The translations under genes were made by a program, and so were the position numbers. Shown here one piece after another: positions 1 to 8,294 of a DNA stretch of 32,980 nucleotides. The DNA comes from Rhodospirillaceae bacterium (lineage in GTDB: Bacteria; Pseudomonadota; Alphaproteobacteria; Rhodospirillales; Magnetospirillaceae). The DNA lies in NCBI GenBank assembly GCA_013349735.1, contig DUZC01000001.1:1-32980 (forward strand), read 5' to 3'. Numbering within the stretch: the stretch's first letter is position 1; each line of letters opens with the position of its first letter. The notes under the pieces are model-generated. The model did not search any database. It was not told the DNA's origin and worked only from the letters and a program-made list of their open reading frames with translations.

Positions 1-1236
1 GGTTTTGCGCGGAACACCGGCCGCACCGGCAAGGAAAAAGCCCAAGGCATGAAGCAATTGGCCCCAGCCATAAAGGTGCAAGGCCCGGGTCATCAAACGA
101 ACCTTTTGTATTGGCCGCCCTAACAGCGGCAATATACGAACCAGAAAAAGGCCCATCAGACCTAAATTCACCCCACCGATCACGGCATGATAATGTGACG
201 GCGTGCGGGTATCGGCGATCCCGAGAAAAAAGCCGGCCAGCCCACCGATCGCGAAAACCGCCAGAGACAGAAACAAAGAAAGTATGGCCGGAGAACGCCA
301 GTCCAAAGGACGAGCCTGCCATAAACACCGGGCAACGCCGAAGCCCATGGCCAGGCAGGGTAAAGGCAAACCATACCACAAAAGCGCCGTGAAGGCGTGA
401 CGGTGCGCCAAACTAAGCACATCGAAGCGCAGGTAAAGCAGGGGCGCACCCAAAGCAAAAGCCAGCAACAACAAATATGCGGCGCGAACCAAATCAACCG
501 GCAGGGACGTTGGCCCCCAAAGCCGCTGCGCCAGATCCTGCCAGATCAGCAGGAGAAGCATCGTATTGAGCAGTTGTAGAACATGCCCGCCTCCCCAGAA
601 CAGCCGCTCATTGGCCATGGCGCTGTCTGTCGAGGACGGAATAAGCACATAAGCCATGGCAAAACAAAGACAGGCCATCAGGTAAATTGCCCCGGCACAG
701 GCAACACCAAAAGCAAAGGGGGCGCTGGACGGCCGCAGGAACGGCCATAGTCGAAGGCAGGCCAAAGCGATGCCGAGGGCAAAAAACAGTAATCCGACGC
801 TAAAAAGGGGATGGTTTAAGACCGGGACATAATTATTGAGAGAGGGCTCTCCCTGATCGGCCAAAGCCGGGCTCAACAGCAGGACCATGCCAAGGAAGGA
901 AAGCACCAGCCCAACCCAGCCCAGGACAGCCCCGCGACGCCCCCCAGCCACCATGGCCGACAGCAAACCAAGGCAGGCGAGAAACCAGATATCGACCGAC
1001 AAAACGACATGGGTGATCAAGGCACGATAAAAAAAAGAATTTCCCCATGGGAGCCAATCCGAGACAGCGGGAACCCTGGACAAAACCAGCAGCAGAGCAA
1101 GAAGCCCGGCCAGGGCCAAGGCCGTCAGCGCCAGCAAAGCCCAGCCCCGAATCTCTTGGCGCTGTTTCGGGGAAACTATTAAATCTGGTGTACTGCTCAT
1201 CAACATTATGACCATAGGGGGCGGTTGCTGCACCAT
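1..1236 (-). CDS. Heme-copper oxidase subunit I-like polytopic membrane protein (3' end cut by the window edge; not in the supplied ORF track)
   Basis: Manual reverse translation shows the frame open from the in-frame stop at 1240-1242 down to base 1. Candidate ATG starts are at 1236, 1215, 1206 and 1200. From 1200 the product reads MSSTPDLIVSPKQRQEIRGWALLALTALALAG... and has many hydrophobic helices. Motifs line up with COX1 landmarks: FWGGGHVLQ (cf. WFFGHPEVY), LAHRHAF (cf. WAHHMF), TPSHYHAVIGG (cf. HFHYVLSMG) and GAAGVPRK (cf. GLSGMPRR). Confidence 0.6.
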   Translation of the reverse strand, partial: MVQQPPPMVIMLMSSTPDLIVSPKQRQEIRGWALLALTALALAGLLALLLVLSRVPAVSDWLPWGNSFFYRALITHVVLSVDIWFLACLGLLSAMVAGGRRGAVLGWVGLVLSFLGMVLLLSPALADQGEPSLNNYVPVLNHPLFSVGLLFFALGIALACLRLWPFLRPSSAPFAFGVACAGAIYLMACLCFAMAYVLIPSSTDSAMANERLFWGGGHVLQLLNTMLLLLIWQDLAQRLWGPTSLPVDLVRAAYLLLLAFALGAPLLYLRFDVLSLAHRHAFTALLWYGLPLPCLAMGFGVARCLWQARPLDWRSPAILSLFLSLAVFAIGGLAGFFLGIADTRTPSHYHAVIGGVNLGLMGLFLVRILPLLGRPIQKVRLMTRALHLYGWGQLLHALGFFLAGAAGVPRKT

Positions 1237-1272
1237 CGGTCAGAATGCCGCCAGCGGCAAGTGTCGGTTACC

Positions 1273-1908
1273 CTAATTTGAGATAAACTGGATAGCGTTA
1301 TTGGACTGAGTGCAGTTTGCCAAGGCCCCGCCCATAGTGGCCGAAGATGCGCTTCCATTGCTCCCTTGCTGCATGGCGACCCCATTGATGCTGGTTGTGG
1401 TAATACTGGGCATGGAATTCCAAACCATCGTCACCAATTTGATACAGGCCGCTGCGGGAATGCCGGAATAAGTAAGCGAGAAAGCCGTATTGCCGCTTGC
1501 CGGCGCCGCGAGGATGGTCTGACCGAACATCGAACGCAGACCACCGTTATTGATCAGAGGCTGGGGTGCAATACCCCCATTTGCCAGATTAGCCCCTGAA
1601 ACGCTGCTATAATCGGCGCCGGCCTGATAATAGGCCGCACGAATATTGGCGATCAAAGCGGTAAGATTGGCAATCTCGGCGTTTGATTTGGCATCCGTCG
1701 AGGCGGTCTGAAAAAAACCGACGACGCCTACCAAGGCCAGGGTCCCGACCACGACCGCCAAAGCGGTATCCGTCAGCCCACCAATAGCCCCGCATTGTGA
1801 TTTTAACCGCGCGGCTCGGACCTTCCGAAATTTTATAATCTCCTCAATATTTCTTACAAGGAACAGAGAGGAAAGATTTATCGAGCTAATTACACATTTT
1901 TCCATCAT
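1273..1908 (-). CDS. Type IVb pilin-like protein (bundlin/TcpA-like)
   Basis: 211-aa ORF with a basic leader (KFRKVRAARLKSQCGAIGG) ending in Gly, then a roughly 20-aa hydrophobic helix (LTDTALAVVVGTLALVGVVGFF). FFQTASTDAKSNAEIANLTALIANIRAAY resembles BfpA YYQSASDSNKSQNAISEVMSATSAINGLY. NTAFSLTYSGIPAAACIKLVTM resembles BfpA NTAFGYYLTLTRLDKAACVSLATL and TcpA KAFAISVDGLTQAQCKTLITS. A second Cys near the C-terminus (ALANCTQSN) gives the pilin D-region Cys pair. The start is uncertain because the first 35 or so codons are very AT-rich. Confidence 0.6.
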   Translation of the reverse strand: MMEKCVISSINLSSLFLVRNIEEIIKFRKVRAARLKSQCGAIGGLTDTALAVVVGTLALVGVVGFFQTASTDAKSNAEIANLTALIANIRAAYYQAGADYSSVSGANLANGGIAPQPLINNGGLRSMFGQTILAAPASGNTAFSLTYSGIPAAACIKLVTMVWNSMPSITTTSINGVAMQQGSNGSASSATMGGALANCTQSNNAIQFISN

Positions 1909-2001
1909 TTACAACAACAACCCCGTAAAAAATTGCCGATTAAATAATTCCATTTCGGAAACATCTTGTCCAGCCAAATCGATAGACGCAACCATCTTTG
2001 G

Positions 2002-2031
2002 TTGACCGGATTGCGCCGGTAATCCTATAAA
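2002..2031 (+). promoter_or_regulatory. Candidate sigma70-type promoter for the rhodanese-TauE operon
   Basis: TTGACC (2002-2007), an 18-nt spacer, then TATAAA (2026-2031), about 50 nt upstream of the ATG at 2084 in an AT-rich spacer. The spacer contains the dyad GGATT-N8-AATCC. Confidence 0.35.
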
Positions 2032-2083
2032 AAAGGGCTAGGAATTTAGTCAAGCAAACAGACTTTTTTGGGAATAAGCGGCG

Positions 2084-2419
2084 ATGACCGGACAAATCAA
2101 CATGGTTGATGTGGAAACTTTGCGTGGCTGGCTGACGACCGACCAGGTCTTGGTGGTGGATGTACGTGAACGCCACGAATATGCGGTGGAACATATTGCG
2201 GGCGCTCATTTGCTTCCCCTGTCCGAGTTTGACCCGGCCCAAATGCCACCGGTTCCAGCAGGAAAAAAATTGTTGCTGCACTGCCGATCGGCAAACCGTT
2301 GCGGCGTCGCCGCAGCCCGCCTTGTCGAAAGTGGCTATAGCGGCGAAATTAACCGCTTGGCAGGCGGCATGCTGGCCTGGGTTGCTGCTGGTGCCCCCGT
2401 GGAATCCAGCCAAGAGTGA
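2084..2419 (+). CDS. Single-domain rhodanese-like sulfurtransferase
   Basis: 111 aa with the rhodanese fold signature VVDVRERHEYAVEHIAGA and the active-site loop LHCRSANRC (catalytic Cys). Confidence 0.85.
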   Translation: MTGQINMVDVETLRGWLTTDQVLVVDVRERHEYAVEHIAGAHLLPLSEFDPAQMPPVPAGKKLLLHCRSANRCGVAAARLVESGYSGEINRLAGGMLAWVAAGAPVESSQE

Positions 2420-3330
2420 CCATCTATCTGCCGATCGCCGGATTGTCCGTCAACATCCTCGCCTTATTGTCGCTGGGTGGCGTCGTGGGCTTTTTGTCCG
2501 GATTGTTCGGCGTCGGAGGCGGATTTTTACTGACTCCCTTGCTCATTTTTTTGGGCGTTCCATCCCCGGTGGCAGTGGCCTCGGGCGCAAATCAGGTCTT
2601 GGGCGCCTCCGTCTCGGGTGTCCTGGCCCATTGGCAGCGGCGCAATGTCGATTTCAAAATGGGGGGGATGCTGGTGGCGGGCGGCCTATGCGGGTCCCTG
2701 TTGGGCGTCCGCCTTTTCACCTGGCTGCGGGACCTTGGCCAGGTCGATCTGGTTATCGATATTTGTTATGTGGTGTTTCTCGGCTTTGTCGGCGGAACCA
2801 TGCTTTTAGAGAGCGTGGTCGCGTTGGTCCGGACCAGGCGGGCCCGAACGGCCAGCAAACGGCACCGTCATCGCTGGGCAAATCTGCCATTAAAAATGCG
2901 CTTTGCCCGCTCAGGACTTTACATCAGCGCCCTGCTGCCGCTCGCGGTTGGCGCCATCGGCGGCCTGCTGGCGGCGATTATGGGCGTGGGCGGCGGTTTT
3001 ATCATGGTTCCGCTGATGATTTACATGCTTGAGATGCCGACCTCGGTGGTGATCGGGACCTCGCTGTTTCAGGTTATCTTCGTTACCGCCAATGTCACCC
3101 TGCTTCAGGCCATCCATACCCAGACAGTCGATGTGGTGTTGATGCTGACCCTGCTGATCGGCGGGGTCATAGGTGCCCAGATGGGCGCCCGCTTTGGCAC
3201 ACGCTTGCGCGCCGAACAAACACGGGTCCTGCTGGCTTTGCTGGTTCTGGCGGTCTGCGGCAGGCTTTTGCTTGAATTAATGCAAACACCGGCCGACTTT
3301 TTCAGTCTGGCCGGGCCCGTCAAGAGCTGA
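2416..3330 (+). CDS. TauE/SafE (TSUP, DUF81) family anion/sulfite exporter-type permease
   Basis: 304 aa, polytopic, with the duplicated G-rich motifs GGVVGFLSGLFGVGGGFLLTPLL and GGLLAAIMGVGGGFIMVPLM. The GTG start overlaps the rhodanese TGA stop (GTGA at 2416-2419). Confidence 0.85.
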   Translation: MTIYLPIAGLSVNILALLSLGGVVGFLSGLFGVGGGFLLTPLLIFLGVPSPVAVASGANQVLGASVSGVLAHWQRRNVDFKMGGMLVAGGLCGSLLGVRLFTWLRDLGQVDLVIDICYVVFLGFVGGTMLLESVVALVRTRRARTASKRHRHRWANLPLKMRFARSGLYISALLPLAVGAIGGLLAAIMGVGGGFIMVPLMIYMLEMPTSVVIGTSLFQVIFVTANVTLLQAIHTQTVDVVLMLTLLIGGVIGAQMGARFGTRLRAEQTRVLLALLVLAVCGRLLLELMQTPADFFSLAGPVKS

Positions 3331-3360
3331 CAAAACCCACCGGTCAGGAACGTCGGGCGC

Positions 3361-4794
3361 TCAATTCTTGGACAACGCCCCGAGTTGCTGCACAACCCGC
3401 TGTCGCTCCGGCGCGTTTGCGGGCATGACCTCCAGCAATTTTGACAACATTTCCCGGGCTTTAGCTGCATTTCCAGCAGCAGCCTCGGCCCCGGCAACGT
3501 AATACATGGCCCGCGCATTGCCCGGATCCAACTGCAGAATATCCCGCATCGTGGCAATCATTTCGGCCGAAGGTTTCCCATCTTTGGTTTGGGCCATCTG
3601 CACCTCGGCCAAGGCCAATTTCGGCTCGACGTCACCTGGCCGCAATTTGATCGCCCGCTTCGCGGCAGCGATCGATTTTTCAGGCTCATTCAAGACCTTA
3701 TAGGCTCTTGCCAAACGCATCCAACCCTCAAAATCCTCGGGGCTCTGTTCAAGTCGGGCGGCAAGCCCCTCGACCATCGAGCGAATAGTTTTAGCCCGTT
3801 CCTCGGGCGATTGCGCCATAACCGCCGCCGCCGCATCGCCACTGGGCACGCCCGATTGCGTGGCAGGAAGCTCAGGGAGCTTGGCATGAGGATTCGCCCC
3901 TTTGGCCATTTCAGCACCCGCCGGGGCCGGCGGAATTGGCGTGATGCTGGCCGGATCAAAGCCACCTTGTTTGGCATATTCGGCGATATGTTCCCTGAGC
4001 ATCGGCAACCAGGGCGCCTCGGCCGGACTGGCTTTTTCTAAATCGCGCCATATCGATACGGCTTCTGCAAAGCGACCGATTTGCGCCTTGGCCAGGCCAA
4101 GATAAAAGCGCGCCCGCGGATCCTCCTTTTCCAGGGTCAGCACCTGCTGAAAGGTCTGTCTGGCTTCGGGAATAACCATCCCATCATTGGCGATGACCAT
4201 GGATTCGGCCATAGAGGCCAGGATCTGCGCGTCGATAGCGCCCAGGGAAATCGCCTGACGGAAGGCTTCTACGGCTTCGGGAAAGCGATGCATTTGAAAA
4301 TAGGTTTCGGCTAAGGTCACAAAGCCATCCGCATCCGGATTTCTTCGCAGATCGGCCGCCAATCGCTCAACCATTTCCGTCATTTTAAATTCAGGGTCCG
4401 CCTCACGTGAGGCGAAGGGCTGACTGGGCAATGCCGGAGAACCCAAACGGGCATAAATCAACCCGGCCCCAAGCGGTAACACCAGAAGGATCATCACGGC
4501 CGTGACCTGCCGCAGCCGCCGTCCCTCCGTCAGCAAAGACGCCCCAGCAGCCGGCAATTCGGCATCCTCCGCCGCCAGCATGCGCCGCAAAATCTCGGTT
4601 CGCGCTGCCGCCGCTTGATCTTCGGTCAACAAGCCGCGCTCCAGGTCTTTTTCCAACTCGGCCAGCTGATCCCGGTAGACGACGATATCATAGTCAATGC
4701 GGGGCGGCGCCGCTGTCGGACGACGCAGCAGCGGAAGAATTAGCACAACAAGCACCGCCAAAGTCAAAGCGGCAAAAATAATCCACAAGGTCAT
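3361..4794 (-). CDS. ccmI: Cytochrome c-type biogenesis protein CcmI (CycH), TPR-containing
   Basis: N-terminal membrane anchor MTLWIIFAALTLAVLVVLILPLLRR, a second TM segment and a TPR-like C-terminal region. It is the last gene of the ccm block. I placed the start at the internal ATG 4792-4794, which overlaps the ccmH TGA (ATGA). The ORF-track start at 4956 adds a Gly/Ala/Cys-rich extension lying inside ccmH. Confidence 0.85.
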   Translation of the reverse strand: MTLWIIFAALTLAVLVVLILPLLRRPTAAPPRIDYDIVVYRDQLAELEKDLERGLLTEDQAAAARTEILRRMLAAEDAELPAAGASLLTEGRRLRQVTAVMILLVLPLGAGLIYARLGSPALPSQPFASREADPEFKMTEMVERLAADLRRNPDADGFVTLAETYFQMHRFPEAVEAFRQAISLGAIDAQILASMAESMVIANDGMVIPEARQTFQQVLTLEKEDPRARFYLGLAKAQIGRFAEAVSIWRDLEKASPAEAPWLPMLREHIAEYAKQGGFDPASITPIPPAPAGAEMAKGANPHAKLPELPATQSGVPSGDAAAAVMAQSPEERAKTIRSMVEGLAARLEQSPEDFEGWMRLARAYKVLNEPEKSIAAAKRAIKLRPGDVEPKLALAEVQMAQTKDGKPSAEMIATMRDILQLDPGNARAMYYVAGAEAAAGNAAKAREMLSKLLEVMPANAPERQRVVQQLGALSKN

Positions 4795-5294
4795 GGTGTT
4801 TTGTCGTCCTTCAGTAGGGCATCCAGCCGACGCTGCTCCTGTTCGCTCAATGGCTGCGCCGCAGCCTCCACCATGGTCTGGCCGGCAGCGCGGCGACGCA
4901 GAAACAGAAAGGCCGCCAACAGAGCCAAACCCAGCAAAACCGCCGGACCAACCCACAACACGATGGTTCCGCCTTTGAAAGGCGGATTTAACAGAACGTA
5001 ATCGCCATAGCGATCGACTAAATATTGACGTGCCTGCTGATCACTATCGCCGGCCTTCAGTCTTTGGCGCAGCAGAACCCGCAGATCGCGCGCCAAATCG
5101 GCATCAGAATCATCGATGGATTGATTCTGACAAACCAGGCAACGCAATTCTTTGCTAAGAACTCTGGCCCGCCCTTCAAGCACCGGATCTTTCAGGATCT
5201 CGTCGGGCTGAACCGCCAAAACCGGCCAGGATAAACTAAGCAACAAGACAGCCAGGAACCAAAAACTGGCGGTTGTAAGGCGGCGTGAGATCAT
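4791..5294 (-). CDS. ccmH: Cytochrome c-type biogenesis protein CcmH (CycL)
   Basis: Signal peptide plus the LRCLVCQNQSIDDSDA motif (LRCxxCQ) and a C-terminal TM segment. The ATG overlaps the ccmG stop (ATGA at 5291-5294). Confidence 0.9.
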   Translation of the reverse strand: MISRRLTTASFWFLAVLLLSLSWPVLAVQPDEILKDPVLEGRARVLSKELRCLVCQNQSIDDSDADLARDLRVLLRQRLKAGDSDQQARQYLVDRYGDYVLLNPPFKGGTIVLWVGPAVLLGLALLAAFLFLRRRAAGQTMVEAAAQPLSEQEQRRLDALLKDDKTP

Positions 5295-5833
5295 TTCTGC
5301 AACTCCGCCAACAGCGGAACCAGCTTGTTGCTGATATCCTCGGGGGTGAAGGGACCAACCTGTTTGAAACGGATGCGCCCATCCTTGCCAATCAAATAGC
5401 TTTCGGGGACTCCATAAACCCCAAAATCGATACCGACCCGGCCATCACGATCCTGTGCCAAGGCTTTGTAGGGATCGCCAAGCCTTGACAGCCAAGCCCG
5501 CGCATCTTCCGGTTTGTCTTTATAAACAATGCCAACAAGCCGAACTCTCCCAGCCAGTTGGGTCAGCAACGGATGTTCAACCCGGCAGGGAATGCACCAG
5601 GACGCAAAAAAATTGACCAGCGTTACTTGCCCCTGAAGGTCGGCGGTCTTAAGACCGGCCTTTTCCAGCAGCAGCGGCGGCAGGTCGAATTCAGGGGCCG
5701 GCTTATCGATCATCGCCGAGGGAATCATATTCGGCATGTCCCCCCGTTCCATCATGACGATCCGCCAATAGAAAAACCCGACCAGAACAAAAAAGATCAG
5801 GACAGGCAGCATCACGGACCAACGACGCAACAC
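5291..5833 (-). CDS. ccmG: Thiol:disulfide oxidoreductase CcmG/DsbE
   Basis: TM anchor plus a thioredoxin fold with FFASWCIPCRVEHP (WCxxC). GTG start at 5833 with AAGGAA 8 nt upstream. Confidence 0.9.
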   Translation of the reverse strand: MLRRWSVMLPVLIFFVLVGFFYWRIVMMERGDMPNMIPSAMIDKPAPEFDLPPLLLEKAGLKTADLQGQVTLVNFFASWCIPCRVEHPLLTQLAGRVRLVGIVYKDKPEDARAWLSRLGDPYKALAQDRDGRVGIDFGVYGVPESYLIGKDGRIRFKQVGPFTPEDISNKLVPLLAELQK

Positions 5834-5852
5834 GATCGGTATTCCTTTTAAC

Positions 5853-7844
5853 TTAGCCCCGGGCCGCGGCAGCGGCCGCCCGGGCAGTTCGTAACGGTGC
5901 GCCGACGCGGTAACGGCGATCGGTCAATGAGACCAAGCCACCAATCACCATGAACACCGCCCCCATGAAGATCCAAGGCACCAGGGGATTATAATAGAGC
6001 CGGGTGACAAAACCGCCCGAGCCATCCGGATCCCCAATCACCACGTAAAGATCCCCCAGAAGATTGGTATGAATGGCCGCATCGGTCGTGGGACGGGGTG
6101 GCTGTGTGTACATGCGCTTTTCCGGCTTCATGACGGCCACCAGATCCCCCCCCTTGCGGGCGATAAAGGTTGCCCGCAAAGCCGAATAATTGGGCCCCCG
6201 GATATTGTCCTCGGTTCCCTGCAAGGTGACTTCATAGCCGGCAACATTGACGGTTTCACCCGGACGCATGACTTGGATATGCTCACTTTTCCAGGCGGTT
6301 GACCCGGTGATGCCCACGATAACCATCGCCAGACTGGCATGGGTGATGGTCATCCCCCAGGCCGAGCGCGGCAATTGCCCGAGACGTTCAAGAGCATCCC
6401 CCAGTGGCCCGCGCCCCAGACGGATCCGGGCCGCCAATTCCACTAAGGTCCCGACAAACAGCCAGGCAGCAATCGCCAACCCGCCTGCGGCCCACAGGGG
6501 GCCGCTGGATCCACCGGCCACCAACCAAGTGCCGACCGCGACCAGCAGGGCGGCGATAAATGCCAATTTAAGCCGGCCCAAAGCCCCGGCCAAATCGCCG
6601 CGCTTCCATTGAAGCAGCGGCCCAATGCCCATGGTCACCACCATCGGTACCATCAGGGGCAGAAAGACGGCATTGAAAAAAGGCGGACCCACGGAAACTT
6701 TACCAAGATTCAGCGCATCTGCGAACAACGGATAGAGCGTCCCCAGCAGCACGGTACCGGCAGCGGTGCTCATCAGCACATTGTTGAGCAACAGGCTTCC
6801 CTCACGCGATAGCGGTGCAAAGAGCCCCCCACCCTTAAGCTGATTGGCCCGAAAGGCGAACAAGGTCAGCGACCCGCCTGTGACCAGCACCAAAAGACCA
6901 AGAACAAACACACCACGGGCCGGGTCCGAGGCAAAACTATGCACCGAGGTCAAAACACCGGACCGCACCAGAAATGTTCCCAGCAAAGACAGGGAAAAGG
7001 CGACAATGGCCAGAAGAATGCTCCATGCCTTCAAGGTGTCGCGCTTTTCCACAACGATCGAGGAATGCAAAAGAGCCGTCCCCGCCAACCAAGGCATGAA
7101 AGACGCATTTTCTACGGGATCCCAATACCACCACCCACCCCAACCAAGGGTGTAATAGGCCCACCAAGATCCCAAACCAATACCGAGTGTCAGAGAACAC
7201 CAGGCGACCAGTGTCCACGGCCTTACCCAGCGGGCCCAGGCGGCATCGACCCGCCCTTCGATCAAGGCCGCGATGGCAAAAGAAAACGCCATCGAGAAGC
7301 CAACATAGCCGAGATAAAGAAAGGGAGGATGAAAGGCCAGGCCAGGATCCTGAAGGAGGGGATTGAGCCCATTGCCGTTGAAAGGCGCGGGATCTATGCG
7401 GGTGAAGGGATTTGAGGTTGTCAAAATGAACAGAATGAACCCAACCGCAATAAGCGCCTGGACCGCCAAAGCCCTTGCCCGCAAAGCCGGCGGAAGGTTG
7501 CCGCCGGCTGCCGCCACCGCCATCCCATAAATGGCCAAAATAAAGACCCAAAGCAGCATTGAGCCTTCATGGTTCCCCCAGACACCCGAAATCTTATAAA
7601 TCATCGGTTTGTCCGTGTGAGAGTTTTGGACCACATTGAGTACCGAAAAGTCACTGGTGACATAACAGGTGGTCAGCGCGGCAAAGGCTAAAGCCACCAG
7701 GGCAAACTGGGCAAAGGCAGCCGGCCTGGCCAAGTCCATCCAGGCGCGATCGCCGCGGGCAGCACCGATCATCGGGATCGTTCCCTGGACTAACGCCACC
7801 AACAGCGCCAGAATCAGGGCAAATTGTCCAGTTTCAGCAATCAT
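5853..7844 (-). CDS. ccmF: Cytochrome c heme lyase subunit CcmF
   Basis: About 663 aa, polytopic, with the WGGWWYWDPVENASFMPW (WWD) motif. I placed the start at the ATG 7842-7844, which overlaps the ccmE TGA (ATGA). The ORF-track start at 7874 is 10 codons longer. Confidence 0.95.
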   Translation of the reverse strand: MIAETGQFALILALLVALVQGTIPMIGAARGDRAWMDLARPAAFAQFALVALAFAALTTCYVTSDFSVLNVVQNSHTDKPMIYKISGVWGNHEGSMLLWVFILAIYGMAVAAAGGNLPPALRARALAVQALIAVGFILFILTTSNPFTRIDPAPFNGNGLNPLLQDPGLAFHPPFLYLGYVGFSMAFSFAIAALIEGRVDAAWARWVRPWTLVAWCSLTLGIGLGSWWAYYTLGWGGWWYWDPVENASFMPWLAGTALLHSSIVVEKRDTLKAWSILLAIVAFSLSLLGTFLVRSGVLTSVHSFASDPARGVFVLGLLVLVTGGSLTLFAFRANQLKGGGLFAPLSREGSLLLNNVLMSTAAGTVLLGTLYPLFADALNLGKVSVGPPFFNAVFLPLMVPMVVTMGIGPLLQWKRGDLAGALGRLKLAFIAALLVAVGTWLVAGGSSGPLWAAGGLAIAAWLFVGTLVELAARIRLGRGPLGDALERLGQLPRSAWGMTITHASLAMVIVGITGSTAWKSEHIQVMRPGETVNVAGYEVTLQGTEDNIRGPNYSALRATFIARKGGDLVAVMKPEKRMYTQPPRPTTDAAIHTNLLGDLYVVIGDPDGSGGFVTRLYYNPLVPWIFMGAVFMVIGGLVSLTDRRYRVGAPLRTARAAAAAARG

Positions 7845-8290
7845 TTGCTCACCTGCCCTTCCTGTTCCTGCCAACGTCCCGACTTCTTCAATGCTTCTGA
7901 AACCTCTTTGGGCATGTATTTCTCATCATGTTTGGCCAGAACTTCGGTGGCATGAAAGACCCCCTGCGGATCAAGCCGTCCCTCGGCGACCACCCCTTGG
8001 CCCTCGCGAAACAGGTCCGGCAATACGCCGGTATAGGTCACCGCCAATGTCGCCGTCAGGTCCGTAATGGTGAAAAGCACCGTCTCGCCTTGTCGAACCA
8101 CCGACCCCTGCTCGACCAGACCGCCAATGCGGAGCCGGCGATCCGGACCGATATGTTTGCTTTGAATATCGGCCGGCGTATAAAAATACACCAAGGTGTC
8201 ATTAATAGCCGTCAAGACCAGAGCCGTCGCGGCACCCAAAGCCAACATGCCCAGAAAGACGAAATAAAGCCGCCGCTGCTTGCGCGTCAC
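7841..8290 (-). CDS. ccmE: Heme chaperone CcmE
   Basis: N-terminal RKQRRLYFVFLGMLALG anchor, an OB-fold region, and the heme-binding KHDEKYMP motif (HxxxY). I favour the GTG start at 8288-8290 because AAGGA lies about 8 nt upstream and it falls just after the ccmD stop. Alternative ATG starts at 8317 and 8332 would overlap ccmD. Confidence 0.88.
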   Translation of the reverse strand: MTRKQRRLYFVFLGMLALGAATALVLTAINDTLVYFYTPADIQSKHIGPDRRLRIGGLVEQGSVVRQGETVLFTITDLTATLAVTYTGVLPDLFREGQGVVAEGRLDPQGVFHATEVLAKHDEKYMPKEVSEALKKSGRWQEQEGQVSK

Positions 8291-8294
8291 AGGA

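Noticed and set aside
111-579. Several 60-105 aa ORFs on both strands in the first 600 bp, which are the only calls the track offers there.
   Set aside because: They are explained by the long open minus-strand frame (1-1236) encoding the HCO-like membrane protein. Their products are Lys/Arg/Pro-rich shadows.
2160-3032. 290-aa plus-strand ORF in an alternative frame across the rhodanese and TauE genes.
   Set aside because: It overlaps two genes with clear family signatures in other frames, and its product is extremely Arg/Gly/Pro-rich.
4795-4956. N-terminal 54-aa extension of the ccmI ORF. Analogous extensions occur in ccmF, ccmA, ccmD, hpnC, hpnG, carD, the S4 gene and the LysR gene.
   Set aside because: The extensions lie inside the upstream gene or in spacers and are compositionally odd. 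The internal starts coincide with ATGA/GTGA junctions or good SD spacing, and they give canonical N-termini.
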